Source: Eledone cirrhosa
Taxonomy: Eukaryota
Assembly (NCBI GenBank): GCA_964016885.1
Contig: OZ024742.1
Coordinates: 67,766,001 to 67,830,000 of the forward strand
DNA length: 64,000 nt
Reading direction: 5' to 3'
In this document: positions 14,160 through 28,516 of the stretch, piece after piece
Layout of the letters: each line of letters starts with the position of its first letter
How positions within the stretch are numbered: position 1 is the stretch's first letter
The notes under the pieces: model-generated
Database searches by the model: none
The model's input: the letters and a program-made list of their open reading frames with translations, nothing else
What the model was told of the DNA's origin: nothing
Translations under genes and position numbers: made by a program

Positions 14160-14280
14160 TTATTGAGACGTGTTTCAATAGCAGTTACATAACCTGAAAA
14201 CAGCTGCTATCTACAAAGAATTAGTTATGCAGACATTCAATATTTCAATGTTATTATCAACTGTCATTTCATCAGAATAA
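14160..14280 (-). ncRNA. Type I HHR with long stem II (antisense arm copy)
   Basis: Minus: TTATT-CTGATGA-AATGACAG..CTGCTATT-GAAA-CACGTC-TC-AATAA. Confidence 0.75.
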
Positions 14281-14573
14281 TTTTATTGAGAACCTGTTTG
14301 GTTTTTATAGAGAATATTAGGAGGGAGGGGTGCAACACAAAACCAACCATGCATATCTATACTATCTCTAATCCTTCTATAGATTTAGAAAAATAACCAA
14401 CGCCAAATAATATATTCTATAAAAATGTGAAAACAACAGATGGGAATCTAATTACTCACTGCCACCAAAAATTCTCACTGCTATCAAAAAACCACTCCCT
14501 TAACTATTCTTCTAACAACTTCACCCCTCCCTCCTAATATTCTCTATAAAAACCAAACAGGTTCTCAATAAAA

Positions 14574-14694
14574 TTATTCTGATGAAATGACAGGTGATAA
14601 TAACATTGAAATATTGAATGTCTGCATAACTAATACTTTGTAGATAGCAGCTGTTTTCAGGTTATGTAACTGTTATTGAAACACGTGTCAATAA
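14574..14694 (+). ncRNA. Type I HHR with ~90-nt stem II domain
   Basis: TTATT-CTGATGA-AATGACAG..CTGTTATT-GAAA-CACGTG-TC-AATAA(A); GUC cleavage triplet, palindromic loop III. Confidence 0.85.
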
Positions 14695-14744
14695 ATTCCT
14701 TTTAACTGAACTGTATCCATTTAAATCCTTCTATATATATATAC

Positions 14745-14801
<57 letters not shown>

Positions 14802-14879
14802 TACATATATATATATATACATATATATATATACATATATATATTTACATATATATATATATTTATATATACATATATA

Positions 14880-15338
14880 AAAAAGAAAATTTCGCTCTAC
14901 ATGGTTGAATACAATAAATGTAATCTGAGTTTTTCGAATATTAGTAATAACATTCGATTCGTTTACAATTTTGCAAACAAGCCTCAATTTTATAGACATG
15001 TCAGTAGAATGAACACGTCATTTTTGCTCTTATGTTGGCATGCGAACAGAACTGCAGACACTAATGTTTCTGGCTATCACCCTTCATCAGTACAGTTCAC
15101 TGTTCACCTGCCAAACTGTCAGTGCTAGTGAAAATATATTCTATTTTGAAAGATACAGTGACTAATCGGCCTGATTTCGCATATTAGTGTCTGCAGTTCT
15201 GTTCGCATGCCAACATAAGAACAAGAATGAAGTGTTCATTCTACTGACATGGCTATACATTTGTGGCTTGTTTGCATAATTGCAAACGAATCGAATGTTA
15301 TTACTAATATTCGAAAAACTTAGATTGCATTTATTATA
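14880..15338. repeat. Inverted repeat (~14909-15066 / 15183-15338); pLTR fold-back
   Basis: Reverse-complement arms; same family as 6613-7280; intact HHR at the left arm/spacer junction. Confidence 0.88.
15049..15098 (-). ncRNA. Type I hammerhead ribozyme
   Basis: Minus: GAACTGTA-CTGATGA-AG GGT gata GCC A-GAAA-CA ttag TG-TC-TGCAGTTC; 8-bp stem I, GUC site. Confidence 0.88.
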
Positions 15339-15347
15339 CATATATAA

Positions 15348-15396
<49 letters not shown>

Positions 15397-15812
15397 CATA
15401 TATATATATATATATAAATTCGCACGACTACATATAGCTGTACATTTGAATAACATTTATTAGATCAGATCCATATACTGAATCAACCAATCACAACAAT
15501 CATATTGGAAAATTAAATTATTTCAGTCATTCAAGAATATTAAAAAATATTCCATCTTACTCAGAACACAATTGCGAACCTCAGAATAATACACAGGAAA
15601 TATAAATATGTCAGTAAGTGGAATCCTGTTAAGATACCAGACACTTTGTTATATTACAGATTTCTCCTCTCCCTCCTACTTTAAATCTATTTCTATCCCC
15701 CACCCCCATTCTCTCAACTTAGCATTTTCCTCCTTCTCTCAACCACTCTTTATTTCTTTTGATTTTTCATGACGTTAATCAAACACCTGGAGGAGATGTA
15801 TATGAATAAACA

Positions 15813-16005
<193 letters not shown>

Positions 16006-16174
16006 GAAGGATATATATATATAACAAACACGAAAGGCTGAAAATATCAAAAGTAAGTCTGCAGATGAATAAACGTGAAACCTGGGGATTATTAAATTAT
16101 GCAACCCACCTGTCACGTTTGTATGTTATATATATATATATTTATATATATATGTATATATATATGTATATGTG

Positions 16175-16271
<97 letters not shown>

Positions 16272-16336
16272 GTGTATATATATATATATTTATATGTGTA
16301 TATATATATATATATATATAAATATATGTATGTATG

Positions 16337-16468
<132 letters not shown>

Positions 16469-16538
16469 TACATATATATTTATATTTAACTATATTTATA
16501 TATATGTATATTTATATATTTATGTATATTTACATATT

Positions 16539-16611
<73 letters not shown>

Positions 16612-17214
16612 ACTTATATATATATATATATTTACATTTTTATATATATATATACATATATATATATTTACATTTATCTATATACATATGTATGTTTATA
16701 TATGTATATATATATTTACATTTATATACATATATATATAGGAACGTTTCCATATGTGTATATGTGTGTACGTACATATATTCATGTATTTTTATGTAAA
16801 TCGATTATATATATATACGTGTCTTTATATGTTCGCATGTTTCTGTGCGCGTGTATTAACGAGGATGTAGGTGGGTGGGTGGGTACGCAAGTGTGTGTGC
16901 GATTGCATGCGAGTATGTGTGTATAGCCACGTGTAAATGGTGCGTATAAGATAATTAGATTACTATATAAAATATTCATACACTGGTCTTTGTAAATGCT
17001 ATTGTATGTGACCCGTGAACCATATTTTATTAGAGAGATCGATAAGTAGAAATCAACTACTGATTGAATTAGGCAAATAATATATGTCCTGAAAGAAATA
17101 GTTTTTGTGTGTGCGTGTGTGTATCTTTATAAGTCAGTTATTACCTTTTGTGTGTGAGATTATTTTTTATGTGTATGCAATAATTCAAAAGCAGCTGGAA
17201 TTGGCGAAACTTGC

Positions 17215-17296
<82 letters not shown>

Positions 17297-17414
17297 GAGA
17301 GATCATTGTAAAATATATACATATCTACTTAGGCTGGCAGAATATACATTCGTATATAAATGTATATGCAATCTCTCCCGTTCACTTACAATTTCTTTTA
17401 CATCTCGTTCTCTG

Positions 17415-17512
<98 letters not shown>

Positions 17513-18848
17513 TGTGTGTGTGCGTGTGTGTGTGCGTGCGTGTGTGTGTGTGCCTGTGTATGTGTGTGTGTGTAGAAGACTACAGATTGTAGTTACAGAC
17601 GTATGTATTTCTAATCCGTCGAATTGTTTTATAGTTTTGAGCTAGTTACAATGTCCATTTATAATCTTCAGAAATCCTATAAGTTATTAGTTCAAATTAC
17701 TCGTTCTCGCGTTTCTATGGAAGGAACTATCTTTATAAGTAAAAAATAATCAGCCAGGTATAATTCACCCTTTATCTATCCCAGATCACTTTTGCAGCAT
17801 AGATACTAACACGATTACTCTGGTAATTGATTACACTGCTTGATATAATGAAAACAAATTTCTTTAACAAGAGATAAGTAAGGTTAGTTCAGCAAATTGT
17901 AGATTGCTCTTTCCGAAATTTTCATCTACATGATACATCATATATGCCAAATTTACAGAGATGTAATTATAGCCTGCAGTACGTTAAATGTTGCTTGTCG
18001 TCTTATAAGAATGTCTTCGATTGTTCTTTTTTTGACAACCTTTAATGAAAGACCTATAAATTTAGACATAACACATATTATTTTTAGAACACTTTCAATT
18101 ATAGAGTTGTCAATTAGATATAACACATATTGGACCATGTCTACTTTTAGAACACTTTGATTTAAAGGCGTGTTTCGGATCTTATTGTGACTCGTATCAA
18201 ATTAATAATTTCCCCGTTCACTGTGCACTGATGTTTTATATTCCTCCACTACAATTTGATTTAATTTGCCTGGCTTGGCTTCAGGGCGTGTATGTCGCAA
18301 TGACCAAGATTACTTTTGCCATATCTGTAGAGAGTGTGCATTCAAAGACTGTAGGAAAAGCATCACCCACTCAAGCAATCAAGATACAAAGAATATTTCA
18401 AAATGAATCTTGGAGACGAAGATAAATGTTTTGCACCACATATTGTATGCAAAGTTTACAGTGATCGGCTTTCCTTGTGTTCCAGTGGCAAGCTGAAGTA
18501 AATGTCATTTGCTACTCCAATGGCATGGCGAAAACAAAGCAACCATTCTACTAATTGCTACTTTTGCATTATTAATGTTGAGTGGTTCAATAAGAAAGTA
18601 TATCAAGTATCTTAATTTGCCATCTACCATAAGACTAAACCCATATGAAGAAAATGTTCTTCCTCTGTCAAGCAATGAATGATTAAGTGAGTCAGATGAT
18701 GATTCCATGTTTAGTAACCGAGCAATATAAAATACATACGAAGAGTGTTTTGCAATAAAACGGCCCCGTAATTATTTGAGGACCCCTAAGGCACCACTAC
18801 CTACAACTTAAGCCACAACCACCCCAACTTGTTTCTTCATAATTTTCT

Positions 18849-19320
18849 TCATCATCATCAACATCCAGGTGTGCTTATTGCACACATCGCCATGACGCGC
18901 TCTCTCCAGGATGTTCGGTCTGCCATAGCTCGTGGAAAGTCGTCTCGGGTTCACTCAGAATCCCCACACCATTGCTTTATGCCAGTTTGATGTGGTCTAC
19001 TAACATTTGCGTTCCCAAATAACTACGACGCTGATGATTTCATCCTTTGATCTCCAGCAATGTCCAGCGAACATTGTTGTTCTTTCTCTCATGACGAGTC
19101 ATATTGGTGGTACATTACCACGGATAAGTTCTTTCGTAGGAGATATCCAGCGTAGCTCAAAGCATTCTTGTACTGATTCCGTTAATTTTCCTTTCAAGGC
19201 ACTTTGCTAGAGTTCATGTTGTACACCCATGTAACAGAACTGACTGCACAACCGGATAAAAATAAATCACCTTTCAAATTTAATGGAGGCTTAGATTTCC
19301 AGATCGATCATAACTCATTT
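18849..19320 (-). mobile_element. RTE-like LINE 3' fragment
   Basis: Minus translation gives IWKS..VVQSVLLHGC.., FAGHCWRS, AMADRTSWRERV, ending in a (GAT)n tail. Confidence 0.7.
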
Positions 19321-20867
19321 AAAGCAGTCCGGATATTGTCGATATAGACATGAATATTACTTGCGGACATATCTTTTGCGATTTTACTTCCAAGAAATGT
19401 GAATTTGTCAGCGTTTTCACAATGCATATTTGATATGATTTTGCTAAGATGTGGACGAAACATAGAACATATGAGTGACTACTTAAACCTAAAGTCAGTA
19501 ACAAAATTGGTATCATACCCATTATGTTGCTAAAAAATAATACCAAGCAGTATAATGTCATACATTTTCTACAGGAACGTAATCCCATTTCAACAATTAA
19601 TAAATTTTAGTTAATCGTCATATACATCTCCGAAAACTTCAAAAATTCGAAAATATATCTCTGCAAAATTAGTATTATTAAGAAAATTGCGTAGAAATAA
19701 AATCGGACGAGAGGTAATTTTCCATCTCTAGGTTATTCAAATTTAAGACGAGATGTTTATTAGTTACAATTAATTGTCCAGTATGATAATGACTAACACA
19801 AGTGACGTAACCTTTCTTAATTTTAAATGCATTTATATATCAAACTCATGTCAATATCCTAATTCCGTTCTGCAAAAAGCAAAAATAAAAGTCTGATAAA
19901 CATAATATAAATAGAATTCTTTCACTGAGCGGTATTAAGAAACAAGTACATGTAAAAAAATAAAAAATTAAAATGCGTATTGGAATTACATATAACATAC
20001 AACTAAGTTAACTAATGTGAAATAAATAAATAAATGAATAAATAAATAAATAAATGATAATATAGACCCCCAGGCAAACTTTCCCCAGCTTCTACATAAA
20101 GTTTTATTCATCTAAATAATTTTATGAATATCCAAATTAATTTAGGCTTCGATTTTCTGTTATGAATTTCTTACAAAGTTATATTCATTTAAAGTATCAA
20201 AATACATGCATTTGTAATTTTAAAGATATTTTTGAGCTCGAATTGCATTATGAGAAGGATGGACGAAAGTTTCTTGTAATTGGTTGGCTCATAAAACTGA
20301 ATCCATCATACTCCGATATCATATTTCAAAAAACAAAGTTATTCAGTACAACATGCGTTATAAAAATGAGGGAAACTACATTTGATGAATACTTTATTAA
20401 AATTATGATGGAGTTTTATTCTGAATTGTTCGGGGAAAATATATTATCGTGACTTACTCGTTTGGGTAAGATGAAGAATTACAATTAAAGAATGAACGTG
20501 TTCTCAGACATTTCTTGATTACTTCTTGATTTGAAATAGAGTTTGAAATTGTTCTACTACGGCTGAGCTTGTGTGATTCCACTGATGGGGTGATTTAATC
20601 AACTTTTATTAGCTGACATTTGAAATTTATTTAGATATATTTTAAAGACACTAAGCCTATGCCTAGGTAGTTCCATGGAATTTTAATTTCCTCCGTAGAT
20701 CTTTTTATTTACTTATCTCCCCATTCTCACCATAGTTACGAATAAGTAGACAACATATTTTATGCTACAGTTTTCATATCCTTCAATCGGGTATTGATTC
20801 TTATAGTTTCTTGTCAGTCTAAAATTTAATGCGACACATGGTTTCTACCTATCCGTTTCGAAGGCTC

Positions 20868-21294
20868 TGTAGTAACTATGGCGACAGTGTGTTGACTATA
20901 GCAACGCAGTGTCGCCACCTGTGGGTAACACAAAAAAATAGCGAATTACTTCCCTTGACTCGGCGTTCTCTAAAAGAAGAGACGCCAATGTAAAACTCGA
21001 GAGATTTGGTTTTTAATTCCAGTCGCCTTTGTCCTGCCACGTGGACGTATTTGTAAAAACGCCTGTTTTTGACCAAGAGATTTTCATATCTCTTCTTGTA
21101 GTGTAAGAATTAAGCCATTGCCGTTTAGCTTGCATGGTATGTCCTATGAATGTAATTATTGTGTTGTGTTATATTAAATGAATCATTTAATAAAAGATTA
21201 GCCTTGTTATCGTTAAAGCCCTTCTGTTTTAATTAATAATCTTAGAGAGATGAGATGACGTTCACACACCTGGACGATATATCATTTTTGTACA
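20868..21294 (+). repeat. 5' LTR (TG...CA)
   Basis: TGTAGTAAC...TTTTGTACA; matches 26392-26818 with roughly 8 differences counted by eye. Confidence 0.95.
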
Positions 21295-21295
21295 T

Positions 21296-21308
21296 TGGTG
21301 ACCCCGAC
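21296..21308 (+). promoter_or_regulatory. Primer binding site, tRNA-Trp
   Basis: TGGTGACCCCGAC one base after the LTR, complementary to the tRNA-Trp 3' end GTCGGGGTCACCA. Confidence 0.9.
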
Positions 21309-21956
21309 TAAGAACAACTTTTAAAATTCTTCTGTGTTTAAAATTCTTCTGTATTGCTGAATTGTATCTCCTTCTGACCTGCCTTGCAAGCATAGTTAGA
21401 TAAACCCCAAAAAAATTATCACAACTCATCCAGCGTTTTATCAACAATGATATTTATTTTATGTACAAAGTGTGCGACGCTGCACATATATATATGGAAT
21501 TCAGGCCCGTTGTTGTTTGGTATCTTGTCTTTGAGTGAACAATATTTTTCCTTTTGCATCAACTTCTCTCTTTAAAAAATAAAAATTAAAAAAAGGATTT
21601 CTCTCGATATAAAATTTTGCTTTCAACCTTCTGTTAAAATAACAAAATGGAGACTCAAAAGTTTTGTTTTCCCGCGTACAGCTTGTCTTCTTCACTCCCA
21701 GCCATCTGATTGGCTGCATCGAGCCACATGACGGCTTCTTCATCACAAACACATTTTTTAATCAGCCATCTTAGGATTTTCTTACCAAATAATTTTCATG
21801 GAAAATAATTTTTTTTATTATGCAAATTTTATTTTCAAAAAGAATTTCAGTTGAATTCGCGTGAATAAGATTTTGGATTCCAGTGTCATTTTTTGGTCGC
21901 ATAGCTGCTTGAAGAAATAATTTGGCCTTAAAAATTCATCAAATCTTTGGGCATCA

Positions 21957-22782
21957 TGAATCAACATCATTTGCCGTCCTTCGCAGGCGACATCAAGTTA
22001 TGGTTTTTGCAGCTTGAATGCTATTTTGATTTAACCAAACCCAAAGAACAGCATAAACTGAAGGTACTAGTTAGTGGCTTGCCTGTGTCGTTGGCATATT
22101 CCGTGAAGGATGTGGTAACCAATTTAGCCGCAGACGTTACTTATGGCTCGTTGAAAGGGGAAATTATTCGGAGGAATACCAATTCAGCGGAAAGTCGTTT
22201 TCAGGAATTGTTAGATGATGCGCAAATGGGTGACAGGACGCCAAGCTCCTATTTGCGACATCTGCGGGAATTGAGCGAATCCCAGGGGATGGACACCCAT
22301 TCCTCAAACAACTATTTTTCTCTCGTTTACCGCCAAGTGCGCAGATGGTCTTGGTCAATAATTTGGAGAGGGAATCGTTAGATCAACTTTCCCGCTCCGC
22401 GGATAGAATACTAGAGGTGGACTCTAACAGCAGTCGGCATAATCCTTGTGTGGCTTCTTCTTCTGTTCCCACACGCAATTCTTCTGTGGCTGACAGCAAA
22501 TTGTCGGAGATGATCGAAGCGCTCACCCAAAAAGTGGAGGATTTGACCGTACAACACAGAGAGCCTTCCCAACGTTTGAGGTACCGTTCGCCTCCGTCTG
22601 CTATTCCTCGAAACCGCTACGAGTACCGTTCGCCGCCGTCTTCTATTCATCGCCAGCACTACAACGCAGACAACAATAATTCTTCGTTTTGTTGGTATCA
22701 TACTAACTTCGGCAGTAGGGTACAACGTTGTCGCACGCCCTGTAATTACAAGAGAACGGAAAACGCAAAGCAGAGCCCCTAG
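21957..22782 (+). pseudogene. gag: Gag (one frameshift near 22300-22340)
   Basis: LPSF..DIKLWFLQLE..F, MGDRTPSSYLRHLR, CWYHTNFG..VQRCRTPC (CHCC motif). Confidence 0.9.
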
Positions 22783-22801
22783 TGGCGGCTAGTGAACTCT
22801 G
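22758..22801 (+). promoter_or_regulatory. Candidate -1 ribosomal frameshift signal
   Basis: G GAA AAC in the gag frame, 6-nt spacer, hairpin CAGAG..CTAGT ggcg GCTAG..CTCTG; pol is in the -1 frame. Confidence 0.7.
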
Positions 22802-25800
22802 GGAAAATCGACCGAACCACAATCTTTTCGTATACGACCCGCGGTCGAAAAAATTTTTCCTTGTCGATACTGGCGCGTCGCTGAGTATTTGGCCAGTCAG
22901 TTATCTAAAAAAAAACCCATCTGAATCAAATATAAATTTACGAGCAGTCAACCACACGGCCATTCGAACGTACGGGCAAATTTCGCTTCCTCTTCGATTA
23001 AAAAATTTGCGTCGTGAATTGAAGTGGAAGTTTACTATCGCCGACTTGCCATACGCCATTTTGGGAGCTGATTTTCTCCACCATATTTCCTTGTCGATTG
23101 ACATCCGCAGACAACGACTTTTTGATGCTAATACAGGCCTATCGTTCGAGGGTACAAAGCCGGAGATCGCCACAGTAAGCCCTGCTTTTATTTTGGCTGA
23201 AGTGGGCAACCAGTATCACAGTTTGTTAAAATCATTCCCACAGCTGACGCAAGGAAGATTACGAATTGCTAGTCCGGATCATGTGATTGAACACTTTATA
23301 TCCACTACAGGTCCACCTGTTTTCTCACGTCCTCGAAGATTATCTGCAGATAAGTTGAAAGCTGCACGGTCTTAATTCGACCACATGCTGGAATTAGGAA
23401 TAATTCGGCGTTCCACAAGTCCTTGGGTATCGCCTCTACATATGGTAATTAAATCTTCTGGTGATTGGAGACCGACGGGTGACTACCGACGCTTAAACGC
23501 GATTACTGTGCCTGACCGTTATCCAATCCCGCATTTGCAGGATTTCGCTTCTTCATTACAAGGTTGCACAATTTTTTCTAAGCTCGATTTGATTCGTGCT
23601 TATAATCAGATTCCGGTTAAAAAGGAGGATATTCCGAAGACTGCTATTGCCACTCCTTTTGGATCTTTCGAGTTCCTTACTATGCCTTTCGGGCTAAGAA
23701 ATGCGGCTAGTACCTTCCAACGATTTATGGATGATGTTACTCGGGGCCTGGATTTTGTGTACACGTATATCGATGATGTGTTGATTGCTAGTTCTTCCCC
23801 TGAGCAGCAATCAAAGCATCTGGATCTCGTATTTCGTCGTTTACAGAGATATAATGTTCGTATTAATGCTTCCAAGTGTGTTTTCGGCTCGACTTCACTA
23901 ACACTTTTAGGCCATCTGATTGACGCCGATGGTATTCGACCTCTTCCTGAGAAGGTTAAGGCAGTATCGGATTTGCCTCCGCCAAGTTCACTGCGACAAT
24001 TGCGTCAATTCTTAGGCCTTGTAAATTTTTATAGGCGATTCGTACCTAATGTTCCAACTTGCTGTTCTCGTTGACAGAAACTTTTAAAAATTGCCGGCGT
24101 AAGAATATGGACATTTCCTTAAATAAAACGCAGCTTGAGGATTTTAAAAAAGTGAAAAAGGCGTTAGCAAGCGCGTCTTTGCTCGCCCACCCAGTACCCA
24201 ACGCCGAGCTATCGCTCTGTGTTGATGCGTTGGATACCGCCGTGGACGCAGTCTTGCAACAGAAGTGCGATGGTTTACAACAACCACTGGAATTTTTTTC
24301 GAGAAAGCTAAAGCCTGCCGAAAATCGTTATATTACTTTCGGGCGTGAGCTTTTAGCAATTTATTTATCTGTGAAACATTTCTCCCATGTTCTGGACGGG
24401 AGAGCGTTCACTATTTTCACAGATCACAAACCGTTGATTTTCGCTTTAAGATCAAAATCTGACAAATATTCGCCTAGGGAAACTAGACATCTGGATTTTG
24501 TTTCCCAATACACCAATGATATTCAACATATTCCGGGTGCTTTGAACACTGCGGCAAACGCCTTGTCTCGTCTCCCGATAGCTTCGATCTCGTCGTCTAA
24601 CGATATAGATTTGCGTCAAACGGCCATTGACCAACCCTCGCTTGAATCATTGTATTGCACATCGCCGGAGTTCATTAACTGCAATATGAAATACCTTCCT
24701 TTATCAACCGCTGACGGACAGATACTTTGTGATATCTCGTTGGACTCACCACGACCTCTCGTCCCAGTTGGTCATCGACGAACTGTATTTCTCGCTTTGC
24801 ATGGCATTTCTCACCCAGGAGCTACAGCCTCGGTAAAACTCATAACAGCCAGATTTTTCTGGCCTGATATGAGAGGTGACATTGCTGCTTGGTGCCGTTC
24901 CTGTGTCGCTTGCCAAAAGTCAAAAGTTCATAAGCACGTTAAAACTCCTCTCGGAACTTTCACCTGTCCTGATGCCAGATTTCGTCACATTCATGTGGAC
25001 ATCGTCGGCCCGTGGCCGATTAGTCGTGGTTATTCGTATATTTTGACGATCGTTGACTGTTTTTCGCGTTGGCCTGAAGCCATCCCTATGACAGATATCA
25101 CTGCTGAAACGACAGCGCGTACTCTCGTATCTGCATGGATCGCACGTTTTGGAGTACCAACCACAATAACAACGGACCGCGGTCGTCAATTTGAATCGAA
25201 CCTCTTCCGTGAATTAACACAAATTATTGGCACTACTCTCATAAGAACCACGGCATATCATCGAGCATCAAGCGGAATGGCGGAAAGATTTCACAGACAG
25301 CTTAAAGCCTCTTTAAGGGCTTCAATGGACTCTTCACGTTGGAGTGAGTACCTACCTATTGTGTTGTTAGGTATTCGGTCGACAATAAAGGTGGACCTTG
25401 GGTTCTCACCGGCCGAATCGATTTATGGTACTCCACTTGCGTTACCGGGGCAAATGCTTGCTCCTGTTGATCTTGCTTCGCAGGATCCCGCTTCCTACGT
25501 GTCCCGGCTTCATTCTTACTTCCAGGATTTACCACCGATGGACACTAGGAAGCAAACTGTAAAAACTGCCGTCCCAAGGGATATTGCCTTGTGGACATAT
25601 GTGTTCGTTAGAGACGACGCTGTGAGACCCCCTCTCAAACGGTCGTACTCTGGACCCTATCGTGTGCTTGCTCGTACAGAGAAACATTTCACAGTGGACA
25701 TTAGGGGATCAAGGGAAACTATTTCCGTTGATCGCCTCAAACGAGCCAATCTGGACACTGACACAGTGACACTTGAACCACAAATGCCCCCTTCTTTTTC

Positions 25801-25903
25801 TTCGCCACATACACTTGTTTCTTCGTCCCCCCCCCCCCCCCCAACCACCACCAACATACAGAAATACGACCCGTTCAGGTCGAAGGGTGCATTGGCCCCG
25901 TAA
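22782..25903 (+). pseudogene. pol: Pol: protease, reverse transcriptase, RNase H, integrase (stop at 23373-23375, frameshift ~24060)
   Basis: LVDTGAS; [18 protein letters not shown]; RELLAI, TDHKPL; HHCC and [14 protein letters not shown] integrase; GPY motif. Confidence 0.95.
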
Positions 25904-26391
25904 GCTATGCAGTACTATAAACTTCTGAATTGTACTCTTTTTTCTTGCAGTTATTTTTACTGTATATTGAATTTGTTGTTGCATTTTGTACCCTGACTGC
26001 CTTTGGTATTTTTAAGGCATATTATAATTTTTCATTGCATTTTGTAACCTTACTGCCTATGGCATTTTCAAAGCCTATCGTTTTTTTTTATCGCATTTGG
26101 GACCCTTACTGCGAATGGTATTTTTAATGCATTTTGCATTTATTGCTGCATGTGTATAATTATTGCATTTGTTGTATATTTTGTTGTGTAATGCTTGCAT
26201 GCATTAACCTATTTCACCTCTATATTGTTCGTTTTGAAACCGGTTTCAACAACTTGTAAAGAGTACCTTGTAAGGCTTTGGCTTCATTGTTATATACTAT
26301 AGGAATTTTTCTTGCACCAACTTACAACTTCTGGTTACTCCATGCTATCGTTTGTTTTACGATTTTTATTAAAAATCTGGTCGGAGGTGAT

Positions 26392-26818
26392 TGTAGTAAC
26401 TATGGCGACAGTGTGTTGACTATAGCAACGCAGCGTCGCCACCTGTGGGTAACACAAAAAAGTAACGAATTACTTCCCTTGACTCGGCGTTCTCTAAAAG
26501 AAGAGACGCCAATGTAAAACTCAAGAGATTTGGTTTTTAATTCCAGTCGCCTTTGTCCTGCCACGTGGACGTACTTTGTAAAAACGCCTGTTTTTGACCA
26601 AGAGATTTTCATATCTCTTCTTGTAGTGTAAGAATTAAGCCATTGCCGTTTAGCTTGCATGGTATGTCCTATGAATGTAATTATTATGTTGTGTTTATTA
26701 AATGAATCATTTAATAAAAGATTAGCCTTGTTATCGTTAAAGCCCTTCTGTTTTAATTAATAATCTTAGAGAGATGAGATGACGTTCACACACCTGGACG
26801 ATATATCATTTTTGTAAA
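26392..26818 (+). repeat. 3' LTR (terminal CA mutated to AA), preceded by PPT-like GGTCGGAGGTGA
   Basis: Direct repeat of the 5' LTR followed by TSD GCTC. Confidence 0.95.
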
Positions 26819-27332
26819 GCTCTCTCTAGTTTATATTCATGTTAATTTTCTATATAATTGATGCAAAGATTTCGAATCACCAGTCCCTTCTCGTTCAGCA
26901 TATAATCGTCCTAGTGGAGGCAGTGGTGTATTATTCATCATTTAAATATCTCAGTGTGTATGAAAACTGAAAGTTCAGTGTGAAAATAATTATATATAAA
27001 TGAACATATATGTTTATAGTTTTGCTACACCTCGGATATTTCTGTCTCTTTATCAGGATAACTGCGCCTAATAATCTGTAACGGAGCAATATTACCATAG
27101 CCAATTTCCGTCTTGAATCATAGAATTAAACTGTATTCCATGTCAATACCAACTATTCTAACCAGGCTATGCAATCGACGAATAATTGCCCTGAAAAGGA
27201 TCATGTTACAGTCATCCCTTCATTGATTGAGTCATGTAAAGAATGGTCAGGAGCATTGTAATTGAACCAAATATATTCAATAGACAATGGGATATATTCA
27301 TGGTATTTGACTTTTATATATTTTCACATTTG

Positions 27333-27532
27333 NNNNNNNNNNNNNNNNNNNNNNNNNNNNNNNNNNNNNNNNNNNNNNNNNNNNNNNNNNNNNNNNNNNN
27401 NNNNNNNNNNNNNNNNNNNNNNNNNNNNNNNNNNNNNNNNNNNNNNNNNNNNNNNNNNNNNNNNNNNNNNNNNNNNNNNNNNNNNNNNNNNNNNNNNNNN
27501 NNNNNNNNNNNNNNNNNNNNNNNNNNNNNNNN
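27333..27532. other. Assembly gap (200 N) with ~100-bp duplicated flanks
   Basis: 27233-27332 is near-identical to 27533-27632. Confidence 0.95.
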
Positions 27533-28422
27533 CATGTAAAGTATGGTCAGGAGCATTGTAATTGAACCAAATATATTCAATAGACAATGGGATATATTCA
27601 TGGTATTTGACTTTTATATATTTTCACATTTGATAATACTGTTCTCTTTACAGACATTATTATAGAGAGGTCAAATCTATATGATCTTGATATTTTAATA
27701 AAATTATGTACTTTAGTTTTAATTTTTCATATATATCTTTGATATCCGATCCTTTTGAACATCGAGTGATCTACATGAAAAACATATCTAAGCCTGTCCA
27801 CATTATATACATTCGTTTTTGCATATATATATATATATATATATGTTAATTAATACACATATAAATATCATTATATATGCAAATGTGTGTGGAAAACTGA
27901 AAGACATTTAGGTAGATGGGGATAAGTACATAGATATTCAGTTGTGTGAACGAATGAGTGTATGTGGGTATGATTATGTTATGTACTTAAGAAAACATGT
28001 TTCTGTAGATATTTTACGCATTATGAAATTCACAAAAATGCAGCACTAACATACTTTCTCTCTCTCACACACACGCACACACAACATCACACACAGCTCT
28101 CTCTTTCTCTTCTCTTTCTCCTATCACTTCTCTCTCTCTCTCTCTATTTCTCTGTCTCTCCCTCTGTATATATATATATTTACATATGTATCTATGTGTG
28201 TCTGTTGTTGTTTCATGATTGCGTGTACTTATATACGCACAACATGATAAACTAATGAGTTTTGACAGCTTAATATTTGAGAGTGCAGAATATATTGAAG
28301 TAAAACAAACTACAATTATTATCCTTTTGACAATTGGGTTACAAGGATCTTAGTTGCGGAACAGAGGAAACTCTGAGATAAATAGCAATTTTAATAATAA
28401 AAACAACAAAAACAACAACGAC

Positions 28423-28444
28423 AATAATAATAATAATAATTAAA

Positions 28445-28512
<68 letters not shown>

Positions 28513-28516
28513 TAAT
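28423..28516. repeat. (AAT)n microsatellite
   Basis: Direct reading. Confidence 0.95.

Larger units (their letters stand above)
14120..14734. repeat. Inverted repeat (14120-14332 / 14522-14734); ORF-less pLTR fold-back with an HHR in each arm
   Basis: ~213-bp near-identical reverse-complement arms between (TA)n tracts; left arm has an extra tail to ~14011. Confidence 0.92.
20868..26818 (+). mobile_element. Gypsy/Ty3 LTR retrotransposon, CsRn1-type, full-length but disrupted
   Basis: Two 427-bp LTRs, 4-bp TSD GCTC (20864-20867 / 26819-26822), Trp PBS, CHCC-type Gag motif, domain order PR-RT-RH-IN. Confidence 0.96.

Noticed and set aside
27233-27632. 100-bp direct repeat flanking Ns
   Set aside because: Typical unmerged contig overlap at a scaffold gap.
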